64,000 nucleotides of DNA, from the NCBI RefSeq assembly GCF_006345805.1, contig NC_042999.1, forward strand, positions 77,810,001 to 77,874,000. Reading direction: 5' to 3'. Below, piece by piece: positions 63,286 to 64,000 of this stretch. How positions within the stretch are numbered: position 1 is the first letter of the stretch; every line of letters starts with the position of its first letter. This DNA is from Octopus sinensis (taxonomy: Eukaryota). The notes beneath the pieces are model-generated. The model saw only the letters and a list, made by a program, of their open reading frames with translations. It had not been told where the DNA came from and did not search any database. The translations under genes and the position numbers were made by a program.

Positions 63286-64000
63286 CAGGGGTTCCCAACC
63301 TTTTTTTTGCTGTGGACCACCAAAATAAGTAATTTTTTCCTGTGGACCACCTCAAATTTTAAATTTATTATAAAAGAACTGCTCCTCATAAATATTAGTA
63401 TCATTTTCACTTTGCAATGAAAGTTCTTTTTTCATTCTTGAAAGGAACATCACAGAGAACAAATAACAAAACCAATTAGCAAATTCTCAAGAAAGCTTTA
63501 TTTGATAGATAGAATCGAATAGAAAAGGTTACTGAGTCATGGAAAACACCCCCTTCTATTCAGAAAGAAAAGCTGTACAATTAAAATATAACAATGTGAA
63601 GGGTAAATTCAAAAAATCTGAGGTGTGAAAGTTGGGATCAGTACAAAAGGTCATGTAAATGCTTGAGGAAATATAACAAATTAACTTAAAAACGTCAGTG
63701 ACAAGTCGTCAGGAAAAACGTCAAGAAACCTTCAGTGAGACTCTTGAGCTTGCTTTTTATTCACAAGCTGAGAAATCCTTGGCTCAAGTGAATTCTCAAA
63801 TCAGCATTGTTATCAAGGTTCAAATGCCTCCACTACTTTGTGAACAAGTGGAGGAAAATCCCTTCTCAGCCAAGTAGGATGTCGGGAGATTTATAATAAA
63901 AGGCTCGACTTGTTCAGACAGCTTTGGATATTCGTGAGAATGATTCAACCAAGCCTCAACCCAGTTGTTTTCAGATGATTTGTGCTGATTATCATCTACC
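63286..64000 (-). mobile_element. hAT (Charlie-like) transposon 3' end, running off the window
   Basis: CAGGGGTTCCCAACC terminal sequence; reverse strand encodes W....EYPKL....LPTSYLAEKGFS and DLRIHL...QLVNKKQAQESH* (hAT dimerisation domain, frameshifted). Confidence 0.85.

Noticed and set aside
62240-64000. Further RNASEH2C exons
   Set aside because: No segment with the expected G.V...(F)..f..W motifs and splice sites found; region is SINE, decayed LINE and hAT, so exon 3 probably lies beyond the window.

Overview
Eukaryotic, AT-rich, microsatellite- and SINE-dense window. It is most likely from an octopus/coleoid cephalopod, inferred from the repeat families. Three spliced protein-coding genes were reconstructed by hand from GT-AG sites and exon phases. 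(1) + strand 1906-40917: the last 15 exons of a polycystin-1-like (PKD1L) receptor/channel subunit (GAIN/GPS, TM1, PLAT, TM block, TOP, channel domain). They total 4659 nt, 1552 aa plus stop, every junction is in phase, and the 5' end lies upstream of the window. (2) - strand 55659-52034: a two-coding-exon 98-aa single-pass membrane microprotein that is absent from the ORF track, with probable further spliced 3'UTR exons at 48587-48764 and about 47210-47400. (3) + strand from 55782: RNase H2 subunit C (two exons seen, the rest downstream). Genes 2 and 3 are head-to-head with only 122 nt between their ATGs, and that gap carries an E2F-type site. The rest is transposon-derived: two tRNA-type SINE families, RTE LINE fragments (one with a PHD-like insertion, one with three C2H2 fingers), R4/Dong-like fragments in TAA tracts, pogo/Tigger, mariner and hAT remnants, and several large foldback/MITE inverted repeats. 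No rRNA, true tRNA or CRISPR array was found.
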